Notes: a model not told the origin generated them from the letters alone. A stretch of 64,000 nucleotides of DNA from an uncultured delta proteobacterium (GCA_963733195.1 CAVTCR010000056.1:64001-128000); one strand, 5' to 3'. Shown: positions 52,712 to 63,883, counted from the stretch's first letter. Numbers and translations: made by a program.

Positions 52712-54124
52712 ATGCGACAACGGCGACAAAAAACGCTTGGCCGGGTTCTTGCCTGTATCGGTCTTATTGGAGTTGGCTATTTCGGCGGACAAGGATTACA
52801 GAAGGTGTCGGCAGGGGGACAAGATCCGTACGAAGGACTGGAAGCGTTTACCAATGTGTTGGCGGTTGTGCAGAAAAACTATGTGGAAGACGTGGGAACC
52901 CAGAAGTTGGTCGATGGAGCTATCAACGGCATGCTCAACGCCCTGGACCCCCATAGCTCTTATCTGACGCCGGAGTCATACAGAGAACTGCAAGTCGATA
53001 CGGAGGGAAGCTTTGGCGGCCTCGGTATCGAGATCACTGTTCGTGATGGGTTGCTCACCGTCGTCGCGCCAATCGAAGACACCCCGGCCTACCGTGCCGG
53101 TGTCAAAGCCGGGGACCAGATTATCAAGATCGAAGGTGAGATGACGAAGGATATGAGCCTCGTTGATGCAGTGAAGAAGATGCGCGGCCCCAGGGGAAGT
53201 AAGATCACGGTGAGTCTTCGTCGTGAAGGAGTGTCTCGGCTCATGGATTTCCATTTGACCCGGGAAGTCATTAAGATCCAGAGCGTCAAGTCGAAAACCC
53301 TTGAGAAGGGCTATGGCTACGTTCGCATCACACAATTCCAGGATCGCACAGGAAGTGACCTTGATGCTGCGTTGAGCAAATTGGCACAGGAAAACGAAAA
53401 ACTTGAAGGGTTGGTTGTTGACTTACGTAACGATCCGGGTGGACTCCTCAGCCAAGCAGTGAAGGTGTCTGACACGTTCCTTGATTCTGGGCTGATTGTG
53501 TACACCGAAGGTCGCCTCGACAACCAGAAGCAGAAATATTTTGCCCACCAGGGCGGGCAGACAGATATTCCGCTGGTTGTAATCGTCAATGGCGGCAGTG
53601 CAAGTGCCTCGGAGATCGTGGCTGGAGCACTGCAAGACCACGGGCGTGCTGTTGTAGTCGGGACTAAAACCTTTGGCAAAGGATCAGTTCAGACGATTCT
53701 ACCGATGGAAAGTGGCGCAGCCCTACGGTTGACGACTGCGATGTATTTCACCCCCAGTGGACGCTCGATTCAAGTGACTGGTATCACTCCAGACGTTCTT
53801 ATCGATAATGATCCTGCCGCTCAAAACGAGCGGACGCAGAGAGAGATTCGAGAAGAAAATCTGCGCGGCCATTTTGGCCAGCCGACGCATGGTGCCATCG
53901 AAAAGGACCAACCGGAATCCGGTGAGAAGAAAGACCCTGCAGTTCCTTCAGAGACTCAGGAGCCGACCAGCAAAGAGGAAGGTGACAAGAAGGCAGAAAA
54001 AGCTCCCGAAGTGAAAGAGGGAGAATTAGGGAAGGATCCGCAGCTTGATCGAGCCATGCAGGTGCTCAAATCGTGGGAAACGTATAAGAAAAAGACTGCC
54101 GTCGCGACTGCACCAACCAAATAA
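52712..54124 (+). CDS. ctpA: C-terminal processing peptidase S41
   Basis: LDPHS, PDZ GGLGI, DLRNDPGG, SASASEIVAGALQD, TFGKGSVQ. Confidence 0.95.
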   Translation: MRQRRQKTLGRVLACIGLIGVGYFGGQGLQKVSAGGQDPYEGLEAFTNVLAVVQKNYVEDVGTQKLVDGAINGMLNALDPHSSYLTPESYRELQVDTEGSFGGLGIEITVRDGLLTVVAPIEDTPAYRAGVKAGDQIIKIEGEMTKDMSLVDAVKKMRGPRGSKITVSLRREGVSRLMDFHLTREVIKIQSVKSKTLEKGYGYVRITQFQDRTGSDLDAALSKLAQENEKLEGLVVDLRNDPGGLLSQAVKVSDTFLDSGLIVYTEGRLDNQKQKYFAHQGGQTDIPLVVIVNGGSASASEIVAGALQDHGRAVVVGTKTFGKGSVQTILPMESGAALRLTTAMYFTPSGRSIQVTGITPDVLIDNDPAAQNERTQREIREENLRGHFGQPTHGAIEKDQPESGEKKDPAVPSETQEPTSKEEGDKKAEKAPEVKEGELGKDPQLDRAMQVLKSWETYKKKTAVATAPTK

Positions 54125-54273
54125 GAATAAAAAGGGGAAATGGATAAAAGGAAAGAACGATATAAATTCTTAAACCTTTCGTTCTCCCGTTTCGCCGTTT
54201 CCCTATTTTGTCGTTTCCCCATTTCCCTTCGGGGCCTTGCTCGTTCGATGATCTCTCTGTTACAAGGCACGCC

Positions 54274-55491
54274 ATGTCCACGATCCCGGCATGGCTTGAT
54301 CGCCCGAATGTTCTGACGATCTCCGATTTGACCACCCAGATCCGTGACCGACTTGAGGAAGATTTTAACGATGTCTGGGTCGTCGGAGAACTCTCAAGCT
54401 TCCGCGCCCCATCGTCAGGGCATCTCTACTTCACGCTCAAAGATGAAGAGAGCCAAATCAAAGCCGTCATGTTTCGTAGCTACGCTGGGCTGCTCCGCTT
54501 TCGCCCCGAAGATGGACTGGAAGTCATCATACGAGGGCGAGTAAGTATTTACCCAGCACGCGGCGATTTGCAGTTGTATGCAACGATCATGGAGCCGCGC
54601 GGGGTCGGTGCCCAACAACTGGCGCTTGAGCAACTCAAGGCAACGTTAGCCGCAGAAGGACTCTTTGCAGCGGAACGAAAGCGTCCCTTACCATTCTTCC
54701 CGCGCTGTATTGGAATCGTGACCGCGCTTACAGGAGCGGCCATTCAGGACATGTTGACGATTCTCTATCAACGCTGCCCGTATACACGTGTCATCGTGCG
54801 TTCCACAAAAGTGCAAGGGGTTGGGGCAGGTATTGAGATTGCCGCAAGTATTCGCGATCTGAACGAACATGGCGAAGTCGAAGTCATCATTGTCGGACGT
54901 GGCGGAGGATCGCGCGAAGATCTCAATGCATTTAACGAAGAAGTGGTGGCGCGGGCGATTGCAGCCTCGGCGTCGCCTGTCGTTGCCGCTGTTGGGCACG
55001 AGATTGATCTCAGCATCGCAGACTTAGTGGCGGATCGTCGTGCGCCAACGCCTACAGCCGCAGCGGAAATGGTTGTACCGCAGTGGGAAGATTTACGCAC
55101 GCATGTCGAGAATCGATATCAGGCACTTTTTTCCGCGATCTCCCGACAACTCCTCCAACGTCAGGACGAAGTGGAGTATTTACAAAAACGCCTCCGCGAT
55201 CCGCGACAGACGATTACCACAAAACGGGAACACTTGCGTACTATGGTCGCACGACTCACGACGGCCTTTGCGCGGCGACAGGAGCAGGCACGTAGTCAAT
55301 GGCAGGAATTAGCGACGGTTCTTAACAGTCTGAGCCCCCTCGCTGTGTTAGGCCGCGGATATAGTTTGACACGGACGATCCCCGACGGAAAAGTGATCAC
55401 TGATGCAACGACACTCACTTCTGGTGATTCGGTACGTCTGACCTTTGCGAAAGGGGAGGCTCGGGCCACCATCGATGAGGTCAATGGATAA
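54274..55491 (+). CDS. xseA: Exodeoxyribonuclease VII large subunit
   Basis: SGHLYFTLKD, GRGGGS.EDL, AVGHEID, APTPTAAAE. Confidence 0.96.
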   Translation: MSTIPAWLDRPNVLTISDLTTQIRDRLEEDFNDVWVVGELSSFRAPSSGHLYFTLKDEESQIKAVMFRSYAGLLRFRPEDGLEVIIRGRVSIYPARGDLQLYATIMEPRGVGAQQLALEQLKATLAAEGLFAAERKRPLPFFPRCIGIVTALTGAAIQDMLTILYQRCPYTRVIVRSTKVQGVGAGIEIAASIRDLNEHGEVEVIIVGRGGGSREDLNAFNEEVVARAIAASASPVVAAVGHEIDLSIADLVADRRAPTPTAAAEMVVPQWEDLRTHVENRYQALFSAISRQLLQRQDEVEYLQKRLRDPRQTITTKREHLRTMVARLTTAFARRQEQARSQWQELATVLNSLSPLAVLGRGYSLTRTIPDGKVITDATTLTSGDSVRLTFAKGEARATIDEVNG

Positions 55492-55740
55492 ATGAAAAAA
55501 CCGCCGGCAAAATTTGAGGATGCGTTCCAGGCCTTAGAGACGATCGTGGACAAGCTGGAACGTGGGGATTTGTCTCTCGAAGAAGCGCTGGCTGCCTACG
55601 AAGATGGGGTGACCCTGGTACGTCATTTGGGGACCAAACTCACCGAAGTCGAAAAGCGAGTTGAAGTGCTCACGCGCGATGCAGCTGGGCTGTTTCAACT
55701 GGAACCTTTAACAGAAGACGAAGACAAAGACGAACAGTGA
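55492..55740 (+). CDS. xseB: Exodeoxyribonuclease VII small subunit
   Basis: FE.A...LE.IV..LE.G.L.LEEAL..YE.G. Confidence 0.93.
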   Translation: MKKPPAKFEDAFQALETIVDKLERGDLSLEEALAAYEDGVTLVRHLGTKLTEVEKRVEVLTRDAAGLFQLEPLTEDEDKDEQ

Positions 55741-56633
55741 ACTTAGAACGATACCTGAACGAACGCGGACGACTGGTCGATCGGACGTTAAACAAGCTTC
55801 TCCCTGCGGGGAAAGCTGTCCCTCGCACCCTCGATAAAGCGATGCGTTATAGCTTGTTTTCTGGTGGTAAACGGGTGCGACCGATTCTCGCACTCGCGAG
55901 TGGGGAGGCGGTCGGCGCCCCTCTTGCTCGCGTGCTACCGTTTGCCTGTGCTTTGGAGATGATTCATTCCTACTCGCTTGTTCATGACGACCTACCAGCG
56001 ATGGATGACGATGATATGCGCCGGGGGAAGCCCACGAATCACATCGTGTTTGGTGAGGGGATTGCTGTTCTAGCTGGCGACGGCCTCCTGACTGAAGCCT
56101 TTCGCGTGATGGCAGAGGCTGCCCTCCGCCCGGCACAGGATCGTACAGCTGCCGTTCGTGCGTTACAGGAAATTGCGTTGGGTGCCGGGGCTGGCGGTAT
56201 GGTTGGAGGACAGGTGGCGGATGTTGAGGCAGAAAATAAGAAGCCGACAAAAGCGCTGGTCGAATATATTCATAGCCGCAAAACAGCGGCTCTTCTCCGG
56301 GCCTCGGTCCGCGCCGGTGCATTGGTAGGAGGAGCTACACCACGGCAGTTCACGCGACTGGATCGCTATGGTACTGCAATTGGTCTTGCGTTTCAGGTCG
56401 CGGACGACATTCTTGATATTGAAGGTGGTACAGCGAAGACCGGTAAGCGGGAAGGACGCGATGCGGAGTTACAGAAAGTAACATACCCTGCCGCGGTGGG
56501 CATGACCAGGGCGAAAACCCGTGCCCGTGAATTACTCGTGGACGCACTCGCGGCGATTCAACCGTTGGGAGTGCGTGCCGAACCGCTCCGACAGATCGCA
56601 AAGTTCGTTGTCGAACGTGCAGTACAACTGTAA
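55737..56633 (+). CDS. ispA: Farnesyl/geranylgeranyl diphosphate synthase
   Basis: GGKRVRP, HDDLPAMDDDDMRRG, FQVADDILD. Confidence 0.93.
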   Translation: MNLERYLNERGRLVDRTLNKLLPAGKAVPRTLDKAMRYSLFSGGKRVRPILALASGEAVGAPLARVLPFACALEMIHSYSLVHDDLPAMDDDDMRRGKPTNHIVFGEGIAVLAGDGLLTEAFRVMAEAALRPAQDRTAAVRALQEIALGAGAGGMVGGQVADVEAENKKPTKALVEYIHSRKTAALLRASVRAGALVGGATPRQFTRLDRYGTAIGLAFQVADDILDIEGGTAKTGKREGRDAELQKVTYPAAVGMTRAKTRARELLVDALAAIQPLGVRAEPLRQIAKFVVERAVQL

Positions 56634-56635
56634 AC

Positions 56636-57376
56636 GTGGCAGAACGTAAACGTCTCGATCTTCTTCTTGTTGAGCAGGGACTGGCTGCTAGTCGAGAACA
56701 GGCGCGGCGATTGATCATGGCTGGGGCCGTGGTTGTTAATGATCAGCGTCTGGATAAGCCGGGAACCCTTGTTTCAACGGTAGCGGTCCTACGGATCAAA
56801 GAGGGGGGGCGCTCTCCGTATGTGAGTCGTGGAGGACAAAAGGTCGAAGCAGCGCTGCACGAGTTTTCTCTCGATGTGCACGGTATCGTGGCTCTTGATG
56901 TCGGAGCTTCCACCGGAGGATTCACTGATTGTTTGCTCCAGCATGGAGCACGGAAAGTCTTTGCCGTTGATGTTGGGTATGGGCAGCTCGCGTGGTCGCT
57001 CCGACAAGATCCGCGTGTTGTTTCCATCGAGCGGACGAACATCCGTACCCTTGATCCAACTGTGCTTGATGAAATACCAACTCTTGCAGTGATTGATGTT
57101 TCGTTTATTGCTCTTGCCTTAGTCATTCCTAAGGTTCTTGAAATGGTTGCGCCGCAGGGAAAAATTGTGGCATTGGTGAAACCTCAATTTGAGGTAGGGA
57201 AGGGGAAAGTGGGCAAAGGTGGAGTGGTACGAGACCCAGCGCTTCACTCCGAGGTCGTGGCTCGTCTCCGGATGCAAGCTGAAGAATGGAATGTGGAAGT
57301 GAAAGGCGTCATTGAGTCTCCTCTTCTCGGTCCCAAAGGCAATAAAGAGTTTCTTTTATACTTACAAAAACGCTAA
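56636..57376 (+). CDS. tlyA: TlyA family rRNA 2'-O-methyltransferase
   Basis: S4 domain, YVSRGG, DVGASTGGFT, DVSFI, KPQFE. Confidence 0.95.
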   Translation: MAERKRLDLLLVEQGLAASREQARRLIMAGAVVVNDQRLDKPGTLVSTVAVLRIKEGGRSPYVSRGGQKVEAALHEFSLDVHGIVALDVGASTGGFTDCLLQHGARKVFAVDVGYGQLAWSLRQDPRVVSIERTNIRTLDPTVLDEIPTLAVIDVSFIALALVIPKVLEMVAPQGKIVALVKPQFEVGKGKVGKGGVVRDPALHSEVVARLRMQAEEWNVEVKGVIESPLLGPKGNKEFLLYLQKR

Positions 57377-57443
57377 ACTCGGGAGAAAGATATTGATGGA
57401 GCAACGAGGGTGGAGCCTGGTGCTTCAGTAGCTACTACAATCT

Positions 57444-57866
57444 ATGACTGGACCATCACACCGACTCATGGCAGCCTCCGGGGCGATCTTATTTGGTGCT
57501 TCACCCGTTGAAGCGGTAGTAGCCGTGTTAGGTGGGACGCTTCCTGATCGAATTGAAAGGGTCGGTCTTCCACATCGAGGGATTTCGCATTGGCCTTGGC
57601 CCTGGGCACTTGCCGTATGGTCGTTGTGGTCACAGCAGACCCCGTGGGGAACGCTGGCTGGCTGGTGGTTTGCCGGGGCACTGTTTCACATCGGAGCTGA
57701 TCTGTTCACCGTTGGTGGCGTGCCGCTTTTGCTGCCGAATTGGCGGTGGCGCTTGGGAGTCATTCATAATGGCAGCTATGGTGAGTACATCACGGTGGCG
57801 TTCTTTATCCTGGCTGCGGTCATGCGACTCTTTCATCTACAAATTGTTCCTGTCGATGGGTTTTAG
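57444..57866 (+). CDS. Membrane metal-dependent hydrolase (YbcI/YdjM-like)
   Basis: N-terminal H, LPD, HRG.SH, H...D..T..G.P. Confidence 0.8.
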   Translation: MTGPSHRLMAASGAILFGASPVEAVVAVLGGTLPDRIERVGLPHRGISHWPWPWALAVWSLWSQQTPWGTLAGWWFAGALFHIGADLFTVGGVPLLLPNWRWRLGVIHNGSYGEYITVAFFILAAVMRLFHLQIVPVDGF

Positions 57867-57917
57867 CAGCACGAGAAGCTGCTGTACCTCGTACTTCGGA
57901 ATCTGTACTCTATACGC

Positions 57918-58577
57918 ATGAAACTGACTGAACGACTCCACCGTGCGACGGCTCTTATTTGGCAGAAAACCTTGAACCATCCGTTTGTGACAAAGTTGGG
58001 AGATGGTACTTTGCCGTTGGAAAATTTTCGCTTCTATATGTGCCAGGACTATGTGTTTCTAATCGAATACAGTCGCTTGCTCGCATTGGCGACGGCGAAG
58101 GCTCCAGATCTGACGACGATGGGACGGTTTGCCAATTTACTGGACGCGACGCTGAACCGCGAGATGATGCTCCACCGAGATTTTGCCGCACAATGCGGTA
58201 TCAGTACCGAAGCATTGGCGAATACGAAAGCGGCCCCAACCACGCACGCATACACACGCCACCTTGTGCGTGTTGCCGCGTTGGGCGACCTTGCTGAGGT
58301 CGTTACGGCGTTGCTCCCTTGTCAGTGGGGGTACTGCGAAATTGGCCAGATGCTAGCGAAGCGTGGGAAACCGATAGCTGCACCTTTCTATAGTCAATGG
58401 ATTGACATGTATGCGGCCCCAGAGTTTGCGGCACTCGCTGAGTGGTTACGTGAGCTTCTCGACTCGTTGGATGGAACTATTAGTGATGAACGCCTGCAAG
58501 AGATTTTCTCTACCAGTGCTCGCTATGAGTACCTCTTCTGGGATATGGCGTACCGCTTAGAAGAATGGCCCATATAA
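57918..58577 (+). CDS. tenA: Thiaminase II
   Basis: HPFV, FYMCQD, LLPCQWGY, WIDMY, EYLFWDMAY. Confidence 0.93.
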   Translation: MKLTERLHRATALIWQKTLNHPFVTKLGDGTLPLENFRFYMCQDYVFLIEYSRLLALATAKAPDLTTMGRFANLLDATLNREMMLHRDFAAQCGISTEALANTKAAPTTHAYTRHLVRVAALGDLAEVVTALLPCQWGYCEIGQMLAKRGKPIAAPFYSQWIDMYAAPEFAALAEWLRELLDSLDGTISDERLQEIFSTSARYEYLFWDMAYRLEEWPI

Positions 58578-58582
58578 TTCCT

Positions 58583-58950
58583 TTATTTCCGCATACTTCT
58601 CGCCATTGTAAAAACGCTGTCCTCAGTCGTGGTTGCGTCTGGGTTGCGGATGGTTGCCGGAGGAGCGTCATCTAACCGGTCGACGGCCTGTCTGTTCCCG
58701 CCTGGGACGAGGTGACCGTAGGTGTCCATGGTCATGTGAATGCTGTGGTGTCCAAGCTAGTCTTTGACATAGGCCAACGACTCCCCTTGCTGAATGAGTA
58801 AGGAGGCGTAGGTGTACCGGAGATCGTGAATGCGGATGTGTCGCAAGCTGGCCTTGGCCAATATCTTCGGCCACAGTCGGCCCGCAAAGTGGCTCCGATG
58901 GCGCGGGGTGCGGTCCTGACTGATGAAGACCCATGGTGGGACCTCATCCA
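58583..58950 (-). pseudogene. Phage-type tyrosine integrase, C-terminal remnant
   Basis: RIHDLRYTYASLLIQQG..LAYVKD*LGH.SI..T.DTYGHL with internal stop. Confidence 0.85.
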
Positions 58951-58999
58951 GGCTAACCTATGATATGCACGATTAGTCTCAACAAACCCTGAGAAAACA

Positions 59000-59395
59000 A
59001 CCCTTACTGGTTGCGCTATTTATGGGTGTTCGGTTTGGGACTTAAAAATCAGTGAAGCTACCACCCAGCGCGACCTTGTGATTACGCCAGAAGGTGAGGC
59101 AAAAATCACCGTGGATAATCTTGAGGTTGCTCAGTTTATTTATCTGCTCTTAAACAATGCACAAATCCGCGCTGTTATCGATACCATCACTGCAAAGATA
59201 GTCTTGATTCTCGGACGATTCACGAATGAGCGAAAGCGAGTACTTGATGCACTGAGAGCAGAACTCCTTCTCCATGACTATTTACCGGTGTTGTTCGATT
59301 ACGAGAAACCGACAAACCGCGACTTGACTGAGACGATCTCCACCCTTGCTCACATGGCACGGTTTGTGATCGCTGACATTACGGATGCGACAAAA
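59000..59395 (+). pseudogene. Fragment of pentapeptide-repeat protein C-terminal domain
   Basis: ITVDNLEVAQFIYLLLNN, VLILGRF..ERK, RDLTETI.TLA.MARFVIADITD. Confidence 0.65.
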
Positions 59396-59465
59396 GTACT
59401 ACCTTTTACTGTACGAAAAATTAAGGAAAAATGGACACCCACTCTGCCCTCCTGCCCTGTTCTCT

Positions 59466-60870
59466 GTAGTCCCTGAAAAAGTCAGGTTGCAGGTACTGGT
59501 AGCGGATGTGCGACAAAATGGCGCCAGAGTTTCTTGAGATTCCAGGCAGAGCCGCTGAGCAGGGCATTAATGCGATCGCCGACTTTCCCTAACAGATAGT
59601 TCCGGTCCATCCCGTGGTCGTGCTTGGTGTGCCCAATGACGGGCTCAATCGCCGAGCGTCGTTTGAGCAGCTTGCTCAACTGTGGGGGGAGATTCCGGCG
59701 GCCTGCGACATAGACTGCGACTGCCTTGGGATGATAGCGCTGGACCGCGAAAGCCTTTATCGACAAAGGCTGCTTCGGGCTGCGTTCCCGTCAAACGTTT
59801 GACTTGAGTGAGCGCCGCTTTTAAGGTGCACCATCATAAGGATTGTCGTGCACGGCATCGATCCCGACAATCGAGCTCTGCCGCGAGGTAGTGACGATGG
59901 GCACTTTGCACCCAAACTCGTAGGGCTTGGGCACTTTGCCTTTGGCAATGCATTCCACTTCCGGGGCATGAACACTATAGACCTTGCCGTGATCTCGGCG
60001 TTGTTGTGTCAAGATCCGCCGCGCGACGCTCACGACCTGTTGCTGCTTTATCGAGAGCTTCAATTTCCCTCGCTCCACATTGCGCAGCACGCGCCCCAAA
60101 TACGTGCGTAGTTTGCGGGTTTCTCGCCGCGCACGCTTGAGTTGCCGCGCTGCCCCATACCGACCTTGAGTCACCAACGCGCGCTTCCCTAGCCGTACGT
60201 AGCTCTGCCGTAACTGGAAGTTACAACTCTGCGCGACCCGCACCAGCGCTTGCCGGGCCTTGTGATACAAGCGCGCATCCGTGGAAACGCGATCGCTTCT
60301 CTTGCACCGTCGTATCCACATTCACACGCTTCACTTCTGTGCGGTGAGCACCGCTTCCCGTTGCGCGCCGCCAACGATTCTTTGAGTAACTTCTCGCTCC
60401 CTTCTACGCCTACCGTTGCCGCCACTTCACTAAACTCGTCGGATCACACGGAACTCGTGGGTAAAATACTCCTCCCCACAGAAATACTGCCAATACGGAT
60501 TCTCCACCCAACTCGCCACGACTACCTCATCACTCACATTATAGAGGTACTTCAAATAGTGTAGCCCCACGAGCAGCCGGGTGGCTAACGCGGGCCGCCC
60601 CAGTTCGGCATAAAACTGACCGAATTGCCGCTCAAATTGTCGCCCAGTTCACCACGCCGGCTAAGCGACACAGCGGATGGCGACGAGTTGAGGAAGTTCT
60701 TCAATAAGACGTCTCCCGGACGGGGCGCTCGATTTTTCGCTTTTCGCCACTTCATGAAATCACCAGCTTTTGTGCCTTTCTGCTCATTTTCTGGCGATTC
60801 TAGCGCCGTCTGCTTGCTGCTGTAGCCCTCGTCTGCACTGCGCTCCCTCCACTTTTTCAGGCTCGACTAC
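59466..60870 (-). mobile_element. IS5-family element (frameshifted transposase)
   Basis: Ends GTAGTC..CCTGAAAAAG; KVYSVHAPEVECIAKGK, RRSAIEPVIGH. Confidence 0.88.
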
Positions 60871-61989
60871 CTAATTTTTTGGTGTTGGAGTGAGGCGCCT
60901 TTGCCTGTCACGCCAACGCGCTGGCTGCCGTTGCCCGCAAGAGCAGGAAGGAAGTGAAGAAAAATAGACAAACTGTGAAGCGAGACATGGCGACAGCGAC
61001 GGGAGCGGCATTGCACGACAAAGCACGCTTGGCTGGCAACGATGGTTGATTGCTAGATACCCTCAAGGCCCCTCCTGGCTCTCCCTCGAAAATAGCGGCT
61101 TCTCTCGGCTGTGCTGCAAGGCAATGGAGAGGCTCTCTGACGACACAACCCATTTTCATTATTCGTTGTGAACCGAGGTTCATGAGCCACTGTCGCAATT
61201 TTCAACTGTAAGCGAGCAAGATTATCACTTTTGTGTATCTATACAGCCAGGGCATAGAACTGCTCCGCCGGCGTTTGTGACTCATTCTCCACAGCGAGCA
61301 ACTGCCCCTTACGAATGACATGCATAACTTCTTTGCCGGCGATCGTACAGCGGGCGGACCAAAAGGACTTGAAGCCGAGCATCGGATGTGTGATCCGTTT
61401 CACCGCTCAATGATCCTGCTCCACGAGGTTATTGAGATACTTGGAGTGGCGGATAATGATGGCGGTCTTATGGGTCCTGTTGTAGCGTGTAATCGCTGCC
61501 GTATTCGCCCCACTCTGATCGATAGTGATTTTCTCTGGGAGTCCTTGATTGGGAATGGCTTTACGTAAGAAGGCTTCAGCGGCGTCGAGATCGCGCTGTG
61601 GCGTGAGCAGAAAATCAATGGTGCGGCCCTCTTTGTCGACGGCACGATAGAGATAGGCCCATTGCCCCTTGAATTTTTACGTAGGTTCCATCAAGCCGCC
61701 AGTTGCGTCCTACCCAGCGTTGTCTGCACCCGAGCTGCTTCTCCACCTCCGGCGCATATTTGATGACCCACTGGTCGAGGGTGGAATGATCCCCCGCAAC
61801 GCTACGCTCGCCCCTTATCTCCTCGAGCTGCCGATAGGAGATGGGATACGCGACATACCACCGCACGGCCCACAAGATAACCTCCCGCTCGAAGTGCCGT
61901 CCTTTAAAGTTCATCATGCCGCCGCTCCTCTATCTCAGAGATCAGGGGAGCAGCATAGCGGAATACCCATCACGGGCAACGTTGCGACA

Positions 61990-63399
61990 TATATGGACCG
62001 TACCCCCTTTGCAAGGTGATTCTTGAAGATGACAAGATAAGGATTCAGTTGCGGACATATATGCGGCTTTCGTCGGAAAGTACGGAGACTTTCCAGCCCT
62101 GAAGGATTCCGCGCGTGCTCGCCTCAACAAAACCCAGACCTCGAAAGGGCCGTGTCGCAACGCAGGCTCTGAGCACGCTGGTCTGACCTGTAATGCCATC
62201 ACTCGTTTCTCACCTTCGCAACCGTCGGTAAGCGGAACGCACAGATGTCACAGAAATGGTTAGTCCTCTCGCGCCAAGAGACCGGGCCTCTCCTACGCCG
62301 CTTTGCGGTACTCGGCCTCACTGGTCAACAATGCCCAGGCAATGCGCGCATTCTTGTTGGCAATCGCCACCGTCGCAATATTTTTGCCCCGGCGCTGTTC
62401 CAGACTCATGATCCACCGACTGCGGGCATCGGTCTTACGGCGGGCGCGGTGGACTGTCGCCCGCGCCCCGTGAATTAATAATGTTCGGAGGTAGCGGTCC
62501 CCCCGCTTGCTGATTCCTAACAGACGCTCCTTCCCTCCACTGGAGCATTGCCGGGGGACTAACCCCAACCACGCCGCCATATGCCGCCCATTGGCAAACT
62601 CCGTGGCGGTGCCGACCGCGGCGACCAGCGCGGTGGCGATCACCGGCCCGATCCCTTCCCCTGCGCCAGCTTCTGGCACTGCGGCACTCTCAGCAAAGAC
62701 ACGTTGCACCAGGCGGTCTGCACGCAGTAACTCGTGCGTCAAGCGCGACGAGCTGCTTCATACAACTCGCGCATCACTTCCCGAGCCAAGGGGGTCAGGG
62801 CGTTACCCTCATCTTCCACAATCACCGGGAGCTGCTTCCGCAGCCTGGTGATCCCTTGGGCGAATGACGATTCCCCGCTCCGCCAGCAGGCCCCGCACTT
62901 GATTGACCAGGGCGGTACGCTCTTTAATGAGGAGGCTGCGCATCCGGTGGATCGCTTGAATATCTTGGCTCTCCACGGTCTTGAGTGGCACGAAGCGCAT
63001 GTGCGGCCGCGAGACCGCCTCACAGCTTGCCTCGGCATCACGACTATCGTTCTTATTGCCTTTGACGTACGGCTTGACGAACTGAGGGCTAATCAACTTC
63101 ACCGTGTGCCCCAGCTGCTGCAACTCCCGCGCCCAATCTTGTGCACTCCCTCACGCTTCCATCCCAATGACACAGGGAGGTAGCTGCGCGACCGTTGCCA
63201 GGAGCTTGCTCCGCGTCACGCGTTTCTGTAGGGCGACTTTGCCGTGCTGCAGTTACCCCATGCAGTTGGAAGATGCTTTTGGCCAAATCAATCCTGAGTG
63301 TCGTGACTTTCATAGTGAACCCTCCCTCTCTCGTATAATGGTGGATATATTCTGATCCATCATGAGACCCTTGTGTGAGGGGGGCGGTCCATTCCATTA
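61990..63399 (-). mobile_element. IS110 family, IS1111-type element (transposase 63313-62293, frameshifted)
   Basis: IDLAK..FQ.HG, KND..DAEA, GLVPRQ.SSGGK, A.ANKNAR; subterminal IRs ATGGACCG set 7 and 3 nt inside the ends. Confidence 0.9.
62030..62290 (-). ncRNA. Candidate bridge/seek RNA of the IS1111-type element
   Basis: Stem 62113-62124/62164-62178 enclosing an internal loop with CGUUGCGACA and GGUUUUG that match the insertion target. Confidence 0.7.
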
Positions 63400-63499
63400 A
63401 AGCCTCGGAAACTCCTCCCGCCCCTTCGTCGGCTCAAGATTGCTGAGGAAGTGCCGATACACGGGAAGGAACAGGAATAGGTAAGAAGGAGGAAACCCG

Positions 63500-63883
63500 A
63501 TGGAAGCTGACAACGACCCCAACCTCAAGCAGGCGATGGCGGAGATCTCCGCCATTTGCCAGCACTATGGAGTCGGCGCAGCCGTCGCACTGGTCTCACC
63601 GATGCACGCAGAGTGGGCGTACCGCATGCCGCCGTGGGGGCGGGTCTCCTTTACCGACGGCGGGATTCGCATCCGCGCCGCGCGCACCGAGTTCCCCTCA
63701 CGTGAAGCTCATCGCCAGGCCGTGGAGCTGACAGCGCATCTCATCCTCCAACTGCGCGACATGGGCTACCAGTTCTACCGCGAGATGGCCGCGCTCGCCG
63801 ACCTGCTAGCCGAACAGGTCAAGATCGAGCACACGCCCTACGGCGGCGAGGACCAGAGCAGGCTGCGGCCTAAGGGCCACTGA
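63500..63883 (+). CDS. Hypothetical protein (mobile-region)
   Basis: 127-aa ORF with AGGAGG RBS, higher GC. Confidence 0.7.
   Translation: MEADNDPNLKQAMAEISAICQHYGVGAAVALVSPMHAEWAYRMPPWGRVSFTDGGIRIRAARTEFPSREAHRQAVELTAHLILQLRDMGYQFYREMAALADLLAEQVKIEHTPYGGEDQSRLRPKGH

Larger units (their letters stand above)
61186..63404 (-). mobile_element. IS6-family element (degenerate) with one TIR split by an IS110-family element
   Basis: MNFKGRHF..EVILWAVRWY...SYRQLEE, NN.VEQDHR; TIRs GCCACTGTCGCAA and reconstituted GGCTTTGTCGCAA. Confidence 0.8.

Noticed and set aside
58583-58950. Tyrosine recombinase remnant as the integron integrase for the attC arrays
   Set aside because: Motifs are phage/ICE-type, no IntI-specific insertion is visible, it is broken, and it lies ~40 kb away.
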